64,000 nucleotides of DNA from the NCBI GenBank assembly GCA_038087875.1, contig CM075989.1:8620001-8684000 (forward strand), written 5' to 3'. A program made the position numbers and the translations under genes. This DNA comes from Malacoraja senta. Lineage: Eukaryota. The notes beneath the pieces were generated by a model. The model had not been told where the DNA came from. It did not search any database and was given only the letters and a program-made list of their open reading frames with translations. Positions 63,561 to 64,000 of this stretch are shown one piece after another (position 1 is the stretch's first letter; every line of letters starts with the position of its first letter).

Positions 63561-64000
63561 TAGTCATTGGGGTCGATGGTGGCGCTGCGAGTGGCTGCCC
63601 TGCCAGCAGCGTGTTTGTTATTTTGATAGAACCCAGGTCTCTGGTGCTGTAATGCAGCAACTCCACTGCTGCGCACTGTGCCACTCTAATTGGTGGAAAT
63701 AAAATAGTTTCAGCAATGTAATTTTGAGTTTATTTACACCACACTTCGCACAGCATTATTTTCCGTGCCTTGACCCTTGCGCCCCGCATGATAGTCAACT
63801 TTCTGCTTGAAAGATCGTTTCTCGCAATCCGAGCTGTAAAATATTTTGCCTTCATTTCACAAACTCATTTCAAAATATTTTCCACGACCAAGTGTTACTT
63901 TGTGGAGAATTTGGAACGGGGAGTTCTGGAAATGGTTGAAGAAATGCTTACTATTTGTTCATAGGTTGAGATCACTCTCTGGTTGATGAATGTAAGCAGT

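Overview
Eukaryotic (vertebrate) genomic DNA, dominated by repeats. The repeat content (V-SINE/HE1-type SINEs, CR1/HER1-type LINEs, Rex1/Babar and Penelope remnants) points to a cartilaginous fish, probably a skate or ray; this is an inference from recalled family features. I recognise no intact host protein-coding gene. Every ORF I can assign is a transposon fragment: CR1 RT, Rex1/Babar RT, Gypsy RT or Penelope GIY-YIG. Elements with readable boundaries are: two hAT elements with 8-bp TSDs (15195-20443, 45623-46615), six PIF/Harbinger-type non-autonomous elements in two families, a 927-bp LTR mini-element whose interior is almost only an RT core (19374-20300), a non-autonomous Helitron (54622-55376), a structured RTE-derived short element (3068-3500), an AFC-like SINE (63108-63400), and many short Penelope-derived units with minimal hammerhead-ribozyme motifs and 10-15 bp TSDs. 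Two CpG-rich, repeat-poor regions look like promoters (about 25650-26215 and about 47780-51800, the latter with clustered YY1, CCAAT, GC-box and CTCF-like motifs). Several low-confidence minus-strand exons lie downstream of the first. Family names come from recalled motifs and were not checked against any database.
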